Source of the DNA: Podarcis pityusensis
Lineage: Eukaryota
DNA length: 64,000 nucleotides
Direction: 5' to 3' (one strand)
NCBI GenBank assembly: GCA_964106645.2
Contig: OZ067049.1
Under the pieces are notes generated by a model that worked only from the letters and a program-made list of their open reading frames with translations, was not told where the DNA came from and did not search any database. The translations under genes were made by a program, and so were the position numbers. Below are positions 1 to 13,459 of the stretch, piece by piece. The first letter of the stretch is position 1, and every line of letters begins with the position of its first letter.

Positions 1-1767
1 CCCTTTTTTTTGGAACGAAACACACACAGTAGCTTATCTAGGGTGACAAGAGCAGTATACTAACAGCAGCCGTAAGGTCTGGAATACAAGAATGAATGCC
101 ACTGATTGAGTGTAGTTAAAATCAATATAATGGCATGAATCTCACACATTCAAAGAGAAGTTTCACATTTATTTAGTTTTTTTTTTTATTAAAAAAAAAG
201 GTTAATGACATACAGGCAACCCCCATTTTAGGTGTGACCAATATGTGAGCGATCAAACACACACACATTGTTGAACCTGTAAGTGACCCAGAAACTTTAT
301 AAAAGATGTCCCTAAAAGGGTGGAATAGGGGCAGGGTGAAGCAGAACAGAGCAGAACAGTGTGTTTCCATTTATGCAGGGGTTACGTTCCAAGTCACTGT
401 GCGTTTAAGGGAATGTTTCTGTTTGAGGAGCTTTTTTCGTTTAATTTAGTATTTGTTTTGTGGCAGAGCAAAGGGGGGAAGAGAGACAGTCCACATATTT
501 AATGCAAGATGAAGGGAAATGTTGTTGCTATTATTTCCTGGATGCTTGTTTGTGAGCTTGTCAGTGAATTTCTAAAATGAACTTTTTTGGGCTCTATGCC
601 TGCCTGGATATCGTACTGACTGACTCCATATCCTTCCCCAAACCTGGAAGATATCCTTCCTGAACTCATCAATAAGAGGCTGATTGTGATTCCCCTGGTA
701 TGGTGTACTCTGCACAGAAACAGAGGCTATTACTTCACATTTTCAAAACAGAGTGGTGCTGATGTGCCCTGGATCAAATGAAATAATCATTTTTGTCTGT
801 TGGTTGGAATACTCTGCTCCTATAATTTAGAGGGGGGAAGTGTTTTGGACAACGAAGTGGGAGAAAACTGCACGGAACTGGAAGCAAATATTTGTCACAT
901 TTTAAAAGTTTCCGTGTGGTGGGGTTTGTTTGTTTTTTTTGACAGTGGATGTGAAGGTGTAATCAGCACTAGAATTCAAAAACAGGTGTCATGTAGTATG
1001 GCTTAATTGCTAAACAAGAGGTACAGAGTCAATATTGTCTGAAAGTCACGGTTAGGCCCTCTTACATGGGAGATTTTCCCCTGTCCATAGATGTATAGAA
1101 AATAATTGGCTTTCTTTGGTGAAGAAACAGCAGCACTCTGCACATACATAATGACACCCCTTCCTAAATGAGTGATGTACCGATCTTATTGTGATGAAAA
1201 CAGCAAGGAAAAAGTTGCAGCCCTACCAAGTCAAAATGTTACCAGGCACCACGGACTGTGCCTTTTCTTATTTAATTACAATTGTAAATCTGTAGCTTTA
1301 ATAGATAAAAACCTCAGTGTGGTGGTGGTGGGGTCACGATATATGGTTCACACCCTGGCACATGTGTGGTTTGTTAAGGCACTGCACACACATGGAAGCT
1401 AGAGAATTCTTAAAAGCTCTCTTTCTGGAAAAACTTCAGCATTTTCCCTAAGTCCTCAGAACAACTGGGAGTCTTAATTGCTGGCTTCGCTTCCAAACAA
1501 ACATTCACTTCATCCAGTTTAACTTGCTCAGTGTTTAGTCTCGCTGGTGCAAAGCAGGTAAAGCGAAACCTTTTGGTGGCCCAACTTCTGCCTCTCAGTT
1601 CCTGCAGCTGCCATGGCAAAAGCATCCATGATAAACCTTAACATGGAAAATCTTATGAACTGATTAGCTTGGCAAAGCAGGCTAATAATGTTCAAGTGCG
1701 CAGAGGGGATCGCAAAGTGGCTTTGAGACTACTTATGCCTCCTGAAACCGCAGCAAAGGCAGCAGTT

Positions 1768-1781
1768 CTGCCCTCTAGTGG
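1768..1781 (-). promoter_or_regulatory. CTCF core motif match in PLXDC2 intron 1
   Basis: Minus strand reads CCACTAGAGGGCAG, close to the canonical CTCF core; not in an obvious repeat. Confidence 0.5.
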
Positions 1782-3258
1782 GTAAATGTTAGCAAGATGA
1801 ATTTATTCACAGAGATTTCGCAATCAGATCCTGGTTAGTAATGCTAACAGTTCACAGCTTGATCTACAAGGAAGATTCATTGTGTATTACAAACACAACA
1901 CAGAAAGGCTAATAACAGCTAAGGCTGAAGAACAAATTTTTTTGTCTCTCTGAAGAAGAAAAACTACAGAAAACCATGGCACAGTTATATAAGAAACAAA
2001 CTACAGTATATGATATACACTAATGCATATAAAAATGCCCCGATAATTTTTTGGGGGGGTGTTAAAAAGATGGTTTGAGAGGAGTGGGATTTAAAGCAGA
2101 AAGCAGAGGTGAAAGAGGGTGCTTAACCATTGTCCCTCACTGTTAGCACATTTGCAAAGCTGAGCAGGGTTCAGTATGGTTTCAAATTGAAAGGGGGACC
2201 GTGTGTCGAGATTCCTGCATTGCAGGGGGTTGGACTAGATAATTCTTGGGGTCCCTCCCCACTCTACAATTTTATGATTCTATTCAAAATTGCTAGCAGC
2301 AATTATCATGTAACACAAATCCACAGTTTCGTGCTACATGGACAAGCTATAGCAACCCCAGCCAAAGTGTTGGGCTCACACACTTCCCTTCCTGTTTCAA
2401 AGAATGATGACTTGTTTCACATGAACAAAGAATCCTGGACAACCAGGGGTTATGAAGCTGACTTCTTTAACTAACCGGAATTCATTGCAAGCCAGGACTT
2501 CTGGATCATACAACACATAAAATTAGCATTCCTAATCTCCACCGGAGAAGCAGCACACCATCCTGACTCATTTGCTTGGGTTCGTTGTGCGTTGCCCACA
2601 TCACGTTCAACCTCACTTTAGTGTTACGTGGAAATGCAGCCACAAACAAATTAAGGAAATGGCAGGGTCATGATGTTGATCTGGTGTCACAAAACCTTCA
2701 TAGACTCTGACATTTCAGGCATAAAATTTTGTGACATCAGAGCAACATACCCCAAGGTTTGGGGAGTGTTAATCTCAACCAACCGAAGCCAGAGTCCTGG
2801 CCCTGCAATTTCCAGGATTTTACCAGAGAGCCTGACAGCATCCAGTCAGGTTGCATTCTACCATCATGACCCCACCCCCAATTTCTTTCATTTGTTCCTG
2901 GCACAATTACAAAGCTTCTGTTTTCCAAACCAAATTTGAATGCTGCAGGCTGTTGACGCCTTCTTCACAACTCTACAGCCACATGAAAGCATCCCGAATA
3001 ATATCCAAAATGGCATGGGGGAAGGGTCCAAAAACAGGATATAGATTTGAGAGATAAGTCTGTGTTTATAATGCCCCCCCCCGGGAGTTAGGTACACTCA
3101 AATCCATTCATTTTAATGGGCTTAAGCACTCCTAATGCTAGGCTGGATTGTGGCCAATGTATACATTTCAAACTAAAAGTAAATTAATGGGGAACTGAAT
3201 ACTGAACATATGAACGTGCCTTATGCCAAGTCAAGTCATTGGCCTGTCTGACCTAGTA

Positions 3259-3622
3259 CAGTGGTACCTCGCAAGATGAATGCCTCTCAAGACGAAAAAC
3301 TCGCAAGACGAAAGAGTTTTTCGTTTTTTGAGTTGCTTCGCGAGACGAATTTCCCTATGGGCTTGCTTCGCAAGACGGAAACGTCTTGCAAGTTTGTTTC
3401 CTTTTTCTTAAAACCGTTACAGTAATACAGGGTGCATTGCTTGAAGAAGTGCAGTTGCGACTTGACTTCGGGGAGCAACTCATAGCACGCGGTGTGGTAG
3501 CCTTTTTTGAGGTTTTTGAAGATTTTTTTGAAAAAATTGAAACCGTGCTTCGCAAGACGAAAAAACTCGCAAGACGAAAAAACTCGCAGAACGAATTTAT
3601 TTCGTCTTGCGAGGCACCACTG
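3259..3622. mobile_element. Tc1/mariner (Tigger/pogo-like) MITE, 364 bp
   Basis: TIRs cagtggtacctcgcaaga / tcttgcgaggcaccactg, TA on both sides, subterminal ctcgcaagacgaaaa repeats. Confidence 0.85.
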
Positions 3623-5348
3623 TACTGCCTACTACAGGAGTATGTTGGACTACAATTCCCATCATCCCTGATGATGCTGGACATGCTGGCTAGGGTTGAT
3701 GGGACCTGAAGGGCACAGTGTTGGCTACCCCTGCCAGATTTTCTCAAAAGCAACGTGGTGCTCTCCAGTTGTTGTGGGACCAACTCCCATCAATCCCAGG
3801 CAACAGGGTCAAAGATCAGAACTGTAGCCCAGCAACATCTGAAATATATCACATTGGTTACAGCTGATCTAAAGCCACAGACAGATCTTTCTTCCTGGCT
3901 CTGCATCCTGTATTAGCAACTGAACCTGGGACCACTTGCAAGTAAAGCATGTACCTTACCACTGTGGCTTTCCCCCATTCATTCCTTGGTGAACATGCAG
4001 GTATAAATATGCATGCCACCCTTAAGATTACAATTTTTCTGGGTGGAAAAACCCATGTGCTTCTGTGGAAGGCAGAACCCACTATTTGTAAAACCTTGCT
4101 CCTGGCATATCACCCTGCTGTTCAGGTGTTATTGAATCACAATGTTACGTTGTGCAGTGATATGCTGCCTGGGACAACATTTAGAGTCTCAGAGCTACAG
4201 GGGTCTAGAGAGACAATCCTGCGCCGCTGGAGAAAATGCAAGATTTGACATTGATTTCTGTGGGAATAGGGGCTCCATCTTGATAGGCAATCAAGAAGCA
4301 GTCTAAACCTTTGCTGCTTAAATATTTTTTACTTAACCTATTAAGGCCCACAGTATGAAGAAATCAATAGCGCTTAAATGAATAAATATCAGTGGTATTA
4401 GTAAGTCAGTCTGTGCTGCTATGGTGGTAGATATTATTAAACTTATTACATTTACAATTATAAGAGCTAAATGACCATATCTGATGCAGAATAACTGTGT
4501 TCTCTTAAACTGATTGATTGGTTATTATCATTGATCAGCCATCTTAGGAAAAGCTTTATTAGGTTATCCAGTGCTAAAGCTGGGATGGGAAACCTGTGAT
4601 TCTCCATATGTTGTTGGGACTCCAGTTCCCATCATCCCTGACCATTAGCCATGCTGTTTGGGGCTGATGGGAGCTGGAGTCCAATAACATCTGTACCGAC
4701 ATAGATGCCACCACAGATGCCCCATTAAGTGCAAAAGCTCATCACTTAACGATCACCACCACTTCAGTTCATCATATTATCATATCTTCATAAAAACAGC
4801 AAGTATGTGACTTCTATATTTTCTCCTTAGCCTCACCTAGTATATTAGCACTCAGTATATTGACTTGTCATTTAACAATTCCCAAGTTTACCTGTCAACC
4901 TCCTTCTCCCTCCCCCAGACCTTCTACGGTATCTTTGGGCTGCCAAATCTGGCACAGGGCCACCAAGGTTTTTCAGTCTCATTAGTCTGCTTTTTACAGG
5001 TGTCAATTATTCCATAACATCTACTCACCTAGCAAATGGGAGTTCTCGCCTGGTTATATCTTATGTATCGTTAGTTCACAGAGCTTAGTCTGATGTTAAT
5101 TTGTTAAAAGGCCAGTAACAGGAAAGACTGTGATGAAGGAATCCGACACAGGGAGACACATGTGTTGATTCCTTATAATTGATTTGGCTGCATTCTCTGT
5201 GGCCTTCCAGCCAAAGACTCTGATTTTAAAGGCAGATGCCATACTTGTCAGACTATCTGTCCATCTAGCCAAGTTGGTATCTACTCTGACTAGCAGCTGC
5301 TCTTCAAACTGCTCTCCAACAGAGAGAGGTGTTCTGATGTGAACTCAG

Positions 5349-5826
5349 TGTGGCGTTAGAAGGGAAAGAGATTACAGTGAAAGACACATAGACGATGTCA
5401 CAGGTGGCAAGACACTGGTCAGAGGAGAGATACGCTTTAATCACTGCTTTGTACTCACAATCAAGATTGATTCCCCTCAGCCCCACTTATGGCCGCTGTG
5501 CTGTGCAACTCTTAAACAGCGGTAATAATTGTGTACAATCGAGATATGGTGGTTATTTCAGATTAGCCTTAGGTAAATGAGTAGGATATGTGCACTCTCA
5601 CAGTTTGGCCCGATTTTAAGGTTCAGTATGCACTCTGTGTAGGTTAGGATGAGCACAGTGTAACAATTCTGCATAATGATTCTTAAGGTAAAACAACCTG
5701 AGCACCTAGCTGTCAACGTTAACAGATGCCACATAAAAAGGCCACATAATTATAGCAGCAACAACATCCGCCATACCATCAGGAGCTCATTCACTTGGAC
5801 ACCCTCCAATATTCCACACAACATCA
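5349..5826 (-). mobile_element. Possible solo LTR
   Basis: TG...CA ends with near-identical 5-bp flanks (ctcag/ctcat) and a minus-strand ATTAAA about 90 nt from the end; ends uncertain. Confidence 0.35.
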
Positions 5827-8381
5827 CTCATCAACAGCGACAGCCTTCTGGTGTCTACACAGGATGAACAGATCAGTCTCTAAAGATAAATGGACCCAGA
5901 TCTGAAATCTGAAGAAGCAATGTTGAGAAAACTCACCATTCTTCATCCCCCCTGCCAAAATCCTTCCAGTTGGAGATGCCAGTGCAATATTGTGGGAAAA
6001 GACCTTGTTGGAAAATTCGATTCTATTCTCATTCAGGTCTTGACCAAAACCCAAGCTTGCTATGAATAGTCACTATTCTGATATGCCACAGGCCTTCTGG
6101 ACTTTTTGGATTTCATGCCCTTTTGATTCTACGGTGCTTTTCCTCTCTGCATACTGGTGCATGTGTGCGCACACTCATAGGTGCAACCTGCCAAACGCAT
6201 CTAACAGTGAGTGCAACTCCACAAAAACTTATGCCACCATAAATTATTATCTTTCAATATGCCACAATGCCCTTTGCTGCTCCCCCCAACCCCGTGACAG
6301 ACTAATGCTACAAACCTACAAACACTTCAGAGTAAGTCCCACTGAACTCAGTGAGATTTGCTGCTCAGTAAACACACACTGGATTTGTGGAAAATACTTG
6401 GGGGGCATTATCCCATAGAATGCACACCACCTCCCCTAACTGCGTGAACAAACCTTAATAGCACAAAGCCTTTGATCTAGCCCTCTTGCAGACCCCTCCC
6501 CCCATTTCCCTACCAGCTTAACAGCAGGAAATGAAAGGACAGGAAACAATATTGCTATATCTGAGAAGAATGTGAAACCTGGGTTCACTCCTTAAGGAAA
6601 AGCAACGCCATCATCATTACATATTCACACCAGCCAATAATTTTTTTGTTTGCACCCTTGTAAGAACAGGAAACAGAACGGAAGGAATAGATGCTAGCTG
6701 CTGCTTTGAGCACGAACCATCTTCTCACATAAAGAAGGGCAGCAAAGAACAGATTAGCACTTAAATAAAAGGATGGGGCTTAATAGATGAGGGAGAAACA
6801 GAGGCTCTGGAATCCACTCTCCCCCACCATCCAATGCACAGATAAAAGAAGGCAAAGGAAGCCTACTGGGGCCTCTGTTTTTATTACATATGGAGATGGG
6901 AGAGTCCCAATGAAATGGTAAAGCTGCTTTGTAAGTGCACAAATGTTAACACTTCACATTCTACATTCTTGATGCAAGGATATATATTTTTTTCTGGCAA
7001 GATTTTCATGTGCCTGTAGTAGCTGTATGGCAAGGAGAAGATTGAATGAATGTGGCTGTCCCAAGCACACAAGGTGGGCAAAACTTCATCAGCTGAACTT
7101 CTACTTTCATGAATAGATTAGAGGCACACAGAATTCAGCAACCCCATGCAGAAGGAGAGATCGGATTGCCCATTCTGGATAGGCAGGCTGGTTTACAGGT
7201 GAAGATGCCAAGGCACTTGGTGCTGGACCAGGAAGCAAAGTTCTGCAGCCAGGACAGGTTACCTGCTCCCACGGAAACAGGTGGAATCCACTCAATCCAC
7301 AAGGAAGAAGATTCTGTACTCCTCTTTGGAGTCTGTTGAGATTTTTCTTCACCTCACTGCAAAGTCTGCCAGCAGCTGACCCTGAGCTATGTGCCTAAGA
7401 ACTCCTCAAGCAGACAGGAATTCAACAGGTGTCTATTTCTCTCCTCATTCCAGAACGGTGGCAGAAGTTGCACCAGCCCTGACACTTTTAGCGGGCATGG
7501 CAAACAGCTCTTTAATAAGAGTTTGGAGGAACTGGATTAATCTGACACATCATTAAAATCACACAGAGAAGGCGCCCTGAAGACCTTACCATCCCACACC
7601 CCTCATTTAAGGGAAGGATTCTTGACACACAAACTCACAAGGTCTGCCCTCCACATTGCACCCTTGGGGGACAATACTAAATTCCATCACTCAGGCAAGT
7701 ATGTGCCAGGAGGAGGAGCAAGCAAGGGAAGCTGTGCAAACAGTGGCAAGTGCAGTGAAATGATCCAGCTGAATCCCAACACACCATGCCAGCCTACATG
7801 GCTGGGAAGGGCTATGATAGAATCATAGAATCATCAAGTTGAAAGGGACCATGAGGGTCAGCTAATCCAAAGTGGGGCTCAAACCAACAACCCTGAGATT
7901 AAGAATCTGACGATCTGCCAACTGATGATAATGGATGTCAATTAGTCAGACTCTCAATCATGCCTGGAATATCATTTGTTCCAGAAGCCATGGGGGGGGG
8001 GCTGATTTTGGCCCTACAGGTGGAAACTGGTTGCAAGAAAGGCAAGAAAAAGAAACTCTGCACATGCTTCAAAGCCTCCTCCTAGCATAAAACTAAATCT
8101 CAGGGCTCAGAGAAATGGGTCCTCTCCTCAGTAAGGCGGGATCCTCTCACGCCAGAGATATTTAACCCTACTTAGTCCTGGCAAATCTAGATTTATCACT
8201 TCGCCTGGATGAGGAAGAGCCAGCCCCCCAGTGCTGTAAAGCGCAAGGCGGTGGTCGTCTGTGCAAAACTTCAAGCGCGACGGTGAACTTTGCCACTTTG
8301 CTTAACTCTGCCCACCAGCGCGCACGCACGCACGCGCCCCCAGCCCGTCCAGGCCAGCCTCCTCTCCTAACCCTTCCTTAC

Positions 8382-8493
8382 CGTGACTCTGCTTCGACTT
8401 CAGGGCGCCGATGAGCTGCAGCCGGTCCGCCAAGCACTGCAAAAGTAGCAGCACTCCCGCCGCCGCCACCTGGGCTCCCCCCAGCTTCGCCAT
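8382..8493 (-). CDS. PLXDC2: PLXDC2 first coding exon (signal peptide, MAKLGGAQVAAAGVLLLLQCLADRLQLIGALKSKQSH + 1 nt)
   Basis: ATG in strong context (gcgctATGG) inside a CpG island; 112 coding nt ending at donor CACG|gtaagg (phase 1). Aligns without gaps to the recalled human N-terminus [27 protein letters not shown]. Lies downstream of MALRD1 on the same strand, as in human. Confidence 0.88.
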
Positions 8494-8571
8494 AGCGCCT
8501 CGCGGGCTGCGCGCTCGCCGGTCCGCCTCCCGCTGGACTCTCGGTGCGCCGCTTCGGGGAACGAAAAAAGA

Positions 8572-8589
8572 AGCAGCAGCAGCAGCAGC
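8572..8589. repeat. (CAG/CTG)6 microsatellite in the putative PLXDC2 5' UTR
   Basis: Six agc units about 80 nt upstream of the ATG. Confidence 0.9.
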
Positions 8590-8908
8590 GCTCAGGAGGA
8601 AAGATTCGCGCGCCTCCCTCCCCCTTCCTTCCCTTTAAATCCGGGGTGGAGGAAAGTCACTTTTTATTCCGATCCGATTTCATTGAGCCGGGCAGGAGAG
8701 GCGCCGACGTATCCCAGTCCCGACTGTCGCCGCTGCCTTTTTGTTTTTCCAGCCTGCGAAGCCAAAAGGCGATCTTAGTCCAACGGCATAATAACGAGGA
8801 AAGAAGGGCGTAAAAGGGCGTGAGTGCGTTTCCCCGCGGGCGGGAGTGTGAACAAGCGAAACCGAAATCAGAGCCGACCACTAAGTACCAAAGTCGCCCA
8901 AAAGCGCG

Positions 8909-8920
8909 CGGGGGGGGGGG

Positions 8921-8955
<35 letters not shown>
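8909..8955. repeat. G-run followed by (GA)n microsatellite
   Basis: Seen directly. Confidence 0.9.
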
Positions 8956-10779
8956 GAGTGCTTTAGTGTGCGTGATCCCCACCGAGTAACTCGCCCTTTC
9001 TTTGCTAAGCCTGAGCCGATCTCCAAGGGAGGAGGGGCGGCCGGCTTCAGAGCCGACGGCGATCCTTTCCCCAAACAAAACAAAACAAGAGCCCTTTCTC
9101 TGGGAGTGTCCTCGCCACACACGCGTCCTCCGAGCCGTGACTTCCCGCCGAGCGATCCAGTGGAGAAATCCAGGGGGCAGAGTCTTAAAATGATTTCGGA
9201 GACAAAACAAGCCCTCTCGCTCTTCCTGCGCGAGGACGGGATGGAGCGGGGACGAGGGTGGCTCTCCGAGGAGCCCGAAGGAGGCCGGGTCCAGTCGACC
9301 CCCCCCCCCTCCTCCTCGCAATTGCCTTAAGGCGATTGCTTGAGATTAGGCTGGAGTCTTTTTCTTTTTTTAGGAAAAAAAGAGGAGGCTCGTCGGCTGT
9401 CCAATTAAAAACAAAGCCAAAGGGTAAGGGCGGGCGAGGGGCTGGAGGGAAGCGCCTCCGAAGCCACGCCGAGGTGGTCTCTCGAGGGAGAGGGCGAAGC
9501 AACGCCCGGCCAGATGCTGGATGCGAAATAGTTTGGCTGCTTGGCCGCCGGGGGAGGCGGGAGCGGCGTGCGCGCTCGCTCGCTCGCTTCCCTTTGGCCA
9601 GGCAGCCGGTGCCTCGCACTGGGGCAATGGGGCTCGCCTCGCTCAAGGCGCAGCAGCCGCAGCCGCCCCGCTCGCCCTCCTCCCCCCACCTTCCTCTGCC
9701 GGAAGCCAGCTGCCCCAGCCGATGCTCTTCCCCGGAGGAAGACGAGAGACCAGCAGGAGCCGGGAAAGGAGAGAGAGAGAGAACTCGCCGCCGCCGCCGC
9801 GCCTCCTGCTGCTGCCTGGCGCTCCTCCTCGCAGCCGGCAGCGCTGCCTGGGCGCCTCCGCGCGACTCTGCCTCGCTGGGTTTGGTCTCCCAGCAGAGAC
9901 GGGTCACACGCGCCCCTCCCTCCCTCCCTCCCTCAGCCTGCGAGCAGGGAGAGCCAGAGAGAGGCATCGCTCCTGCGCGGCGGGAGAGGGAGCCGCCGGA
10001 GGGCTCCCCCAAACGAGCGCATGGGACCGGAGGGGAAATCCTCTCCGAGGAGGATTGGGCGCAGCCGAGAGAAGCCTTTCGAGGAGCTGCAGTGTCCCCA
10101 GGAAACCCCCGTCCCAGCTCTGCCTGCCTGCCTGCCGTGGGGCTCGTATCGCCCTTTAAAGCGCGCGGGAAACTAGAAATGTGGGGACTTGGGGTTTTCC
10201 TCAGGCTGAATTCCGAGCCTTTTCACAGTCTGGTGGCGGGAGAGGGGAATCAGCTGCGAGGGAGGAATAAAAGGGGCTGCACGCCTTTCCTATGGTCAGG
10301 CTACAGAGCTGCTGTTTGCAGCCCAGTCTGAACGGCTCCTCGCCAACCCCGTCGATGGTTTCTCAGGCACCCCCCTCCCTCCAAACCTGCTTGGCCCTGG
10401 GACGTGCCTATAACTCGTGGTTCTGATGTCCCAACGCTCCCACGGGGCACATTTCAGTCAGGCGGAGGAGGGGGTCGTTGGCTAACGGCCAACAGGCAGA
10501 AAGGACTGTCCAACAATGCGATTATCCACACACACACATCTGATCCATGGATTAACATCAAAATCCTTGCATTAAAGCTCACTCCTTAGGAACCAGTGGG
10601 TCATTAGGCTTTCAGATGCACTTTGAGCAAAGAGATGTTCAAAGGGAAAGCTGCTTTTAATAACGCACCTTCCCCCCGCTGCTTTTTGCAGGTACTATTG
10701 GTACTGGGTCTCATCCAGCATCTTTTCAGTACACCCAGTTAGGATTCAGCAGTCCAGTTGTACACTCTTGGGTATTCAG

Positions 10780-11530
10780 CATTAGCTTAAGGCGTGCAAT
10801 AATCACATGCCCACTTTTGCAGCATCTTCATAGCATCCCAAGTCTCTCTTGGAATGCTCTCTTTATCATACCCTCCAAGTGTTTACTTGTGTAACACGCT
10901 TTACCATATCTTGCAGAAAAGCACCTCAGAGAAGGCCAAATGGTCATCCTTAGACTTGGTTGATGATATCTTAATTGACCCTCATGGCTCACTCCTGAGG
11001 TTGAGCTGCAACATGGAAGCCATAGGAAATGTTTCAATGTGGTTATTCAACCAGTGGCAGACTTTGGGCTTCACCGGCACCTTGTGTGACGCTAACATTC
11101 AGGCCACCCTCCCCACCTCTCACACTCCATTTTGGCAGCCCCTCCAGGGTACTACTCAGTGCATCCACACAGGTCATACTACCATAAAACTGCCTGTATA
11201 TTCAACCACACCACAGTAACTGTAGATGAGAATGAAGAGACCCTCACCAGATAACCATCTAATGTAATAATGACACCAGGTGACTGACAGGTAGGTGGTC
11301 CTGCCCACCTATCAAAGTTGACCCCTGGGGGTAGGAGGAGAGGTCTGATTGAGCAGTTTGTTCCCAGCAAGAAACTATAAGCAGAGAGCTCAGCTGCGCA
11401 CTCTGCAAGGATCTGTTCCATGCTGGCAAAACAGCACCCAATAGGATCTGCTCATCAGCAGATGAGCAGAGGGTTCAGTCTTGTTCTCTGCAGCACCCAG
11501 CAGGGTTGAAACCTGACACACACACCCATC
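10780..11530 (-). mobile_element. Degraded CR1/L2-like LINE (endonuclease region)
   Basis: Minus strand has remnants resembling the 'GRGGGVAL' APE-endonuclease segment near 11090-11210; heavily decayed. Confidence 0.35.
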
Positions 11531-12574
11531 AAGTGATGGGCTGGTCTTCAGAAGATTGACAGGTGGTCCAATGTGGACCCTCTGGTGGTGCAAGATTGGC
11601 CTGTGGGCCAGAGGTTCCCCGCTCCTGCACTAGATGTGGAATAGATGTATTGCACATCTGTATTCCTGCCTGTGTTGTCAGGGGGATCCAACAGTGAGCA
11701 TCTCTTGCACACAACAGCTGCTGCATGGCATCTCTGCTATACAGTGCTATACACAACTCCCATGTGTTAGCTGTAATGTAAAAATCAGCCATCAGTTCAC
11801 TGTTGCATACCAATACTATGACATTCTATTCACTTGTATGCTTTTGAGAATATCATCCTTAGTAATTAACAAGACCATTCACCTTTCAAATTGTAATTAT
11901 ATAAATAGGGCTGCAGTGCTTCAAACGTAACAGCTAAATACAGTCATACATTAGCCCAGAAGGATAAGCAGCAAATCAGATTTTATCTAAGCAAGATGTT
12001 TAAAGTTGCATCAATCTTATAATTAATTGTTTTACCCTTTCATGCTTTGGCATTCTGGCGCACTGAAGCAGAACTCTTAGCCTCCATTGTCCCTTGATCT
12101 CTCTGGTTATTCGCTGTGAAACACGATGGATTTTTGTTTACAGGTTTGGATTTTTATCCGAAAGGATTTTAATTGATTTAAATTGGCAGAGTGGGGAGAA
12201 CAAACTAAAAAAAAAAAAAAGTAATATAACCACAGTATGCCTCTGATATGCCAGACTCAAATGTGCACACAGAGATGTGGCTCCATGAATTAAAACAATC
12301 AAGGCAGCTTGCAACAACAAGAAATACACAATATAAACTGTAAGAGCCCTGGCATTCAATGCCCCCAAGTAAGAAATGTGTGCACAGATATGAATACTGA
12401 CCGTACCATCTGAGTTATTGGTGAGAAACATGAGGACAGCATCTGTCTGAAGGGATCCTATATGAGAATAGATATCTGCATGGGGGGCTCCCTCCATGGT
12501 GATGGAAACTGAATTAGAGGTTCTGAACCCATGGGAGAAATCCTACATGTTGAGGGAGTGGAGAGGCATTCTAT

Positions 12575-12925
12575 TCAATTCACATTTAACGGTGAAGCTA
12601 CCTAATCTGTACTTTCCAAAACAATGCAAGAACCAAAGCATGGTCATCCTTTGAAATTTGCACTTCTCCAACTTTTGTGCAATGCAGTTCTCCAAGCAAG
12701 TAATGTGTAGAAAAATACATACACTGGGGTAAAGTGTGCATAAAAATGCATTCTGTTAGTGAAAATAATGTACCAAAGTGCATTATATAACTGGGAAACT
12801 GCTTCGCAAAAATGTGTATATTGAGCAAAATTGCATGCAAACATGTATACTGTATTAGGAGAAATTTGCACCAAAATGCTAATGAATTTTTATGAGGACT
12901 TTTTTAAAAATTAAAATTTTTGAAC
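12575..12925 (-). repeat. Old AT-rich interspersed repeat (other copies ~18375-18730 and ~62278-63300)
   Basis: Shared motifs such as gcaatttccc..taatataa, gaagtgcaaatttcaa and the 'tttggtaggc/aattaggtag' end in three places. Confidence 0.6.
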
Positions 12926-12929
12926 TGAA

Positions 12930-13165
12930 TTTAAGGCCTCAGAGGATGGTCTCAGGGTCTGGGTAGGTTCATATGGAGAAAGGCAGTCCTTGAGGTATTG
13001 CTGTCATGAGCCATTTAGGGCTTTTATAGATAAAAAAACAGCACTTTGAATTGGTCCCAGAAACTAATTGGGAGCCAGTGCAGTTGGGCCAGGATCGGTG
13101 TAATATGCTCAAACCGTCTTGCCCCTGTGTTCAACCAGGCTACTGAATTCTGCACGAGCTGAAGT
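12930..13165 (-). mobile_element. L2 LINE fragment
   Basis: cagcactttgaattgg...ggagccagtgcag, the reverse of the L2 'LHWLP...QFKVL' region. Confidence 0.65.
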
Positions 13166-13225
13166 TAAGGTAAGCAGTTATGCTCCACCAACTGCTACTG
13201 AATATTCCCTTTTGTATGTTCAATA

Positions 13226-13459
13226 CAGCGGTACCTCAGGTTAAGAACTTAATTCGTTCTGGAGGTCCGTTCTTAACCTGGAACCGTTCTTAACCTGAGG
13301 TACCACTTTAGCAAATGGGGCCTCCCGCTGCCGCCGCACCCCCATTTCTGTTCTCATCCTGAAGCAAAGTTCTTAACCCGAGGTACTATTTTTGGGTTAG
13401 CGGAGTCTGTAACCTGAAGTGTCTGTAATCTGAAGCGACTGTAACCCAAGGTACCACTG
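13226..13459. mobile_element. Tc1/mariner MITE, ~240-bp family, copy 1
   Basis: TIRs cagcggtacctc / aaggtaccactg with TA TSD; internal sequence shared with the copies at 14324, 25280 and 50400. Confidence 0.88.

Larger units (their letters stand above)
8240..10450. promoter_or_regulatory. CpG island: PLXDC2 promoter and 5' UTR
   Basis: Abrupt rise in GC and CpG content over about 2.2 kb against a CpG-poor background, with GCC/CGC runs; covers the PLXDC2 start codon and upstream sequence. Confidence 0.9.

Noticed and set aside
3259-3622. CRISPR-like repeated ctcgcaagacgaaaa units and ORFs 3355-3783 / 3386-3709
   Set aside because: Subterminal repeats of a TA-flanked MITE in a vertebrate genome; no regular repeat-spacer structure.
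7109-7339. 76-aa plus-strand ORF in PLXDC2 intron 1
   Set aside because: No recognisable homology or supporting gene structure; length within chance.
8382-8493. VSTM2L as the identity of the signal-peptide exon
   Set aside because: Superficial LxxLAxxLQLxGA similarity, but the AAAGVxLL match, 112-nt exon length and MALRD1 adjacency favour PLXDC2.
8824-10331. Long overlapping ORFs (357, 275, 212, 211, 168 aa) in the CpG island
   Set aside because: Open on both strands and several frames, R/P/A/G-rich with no domain; expected from stop-codon depletion in GC-rich DNA.
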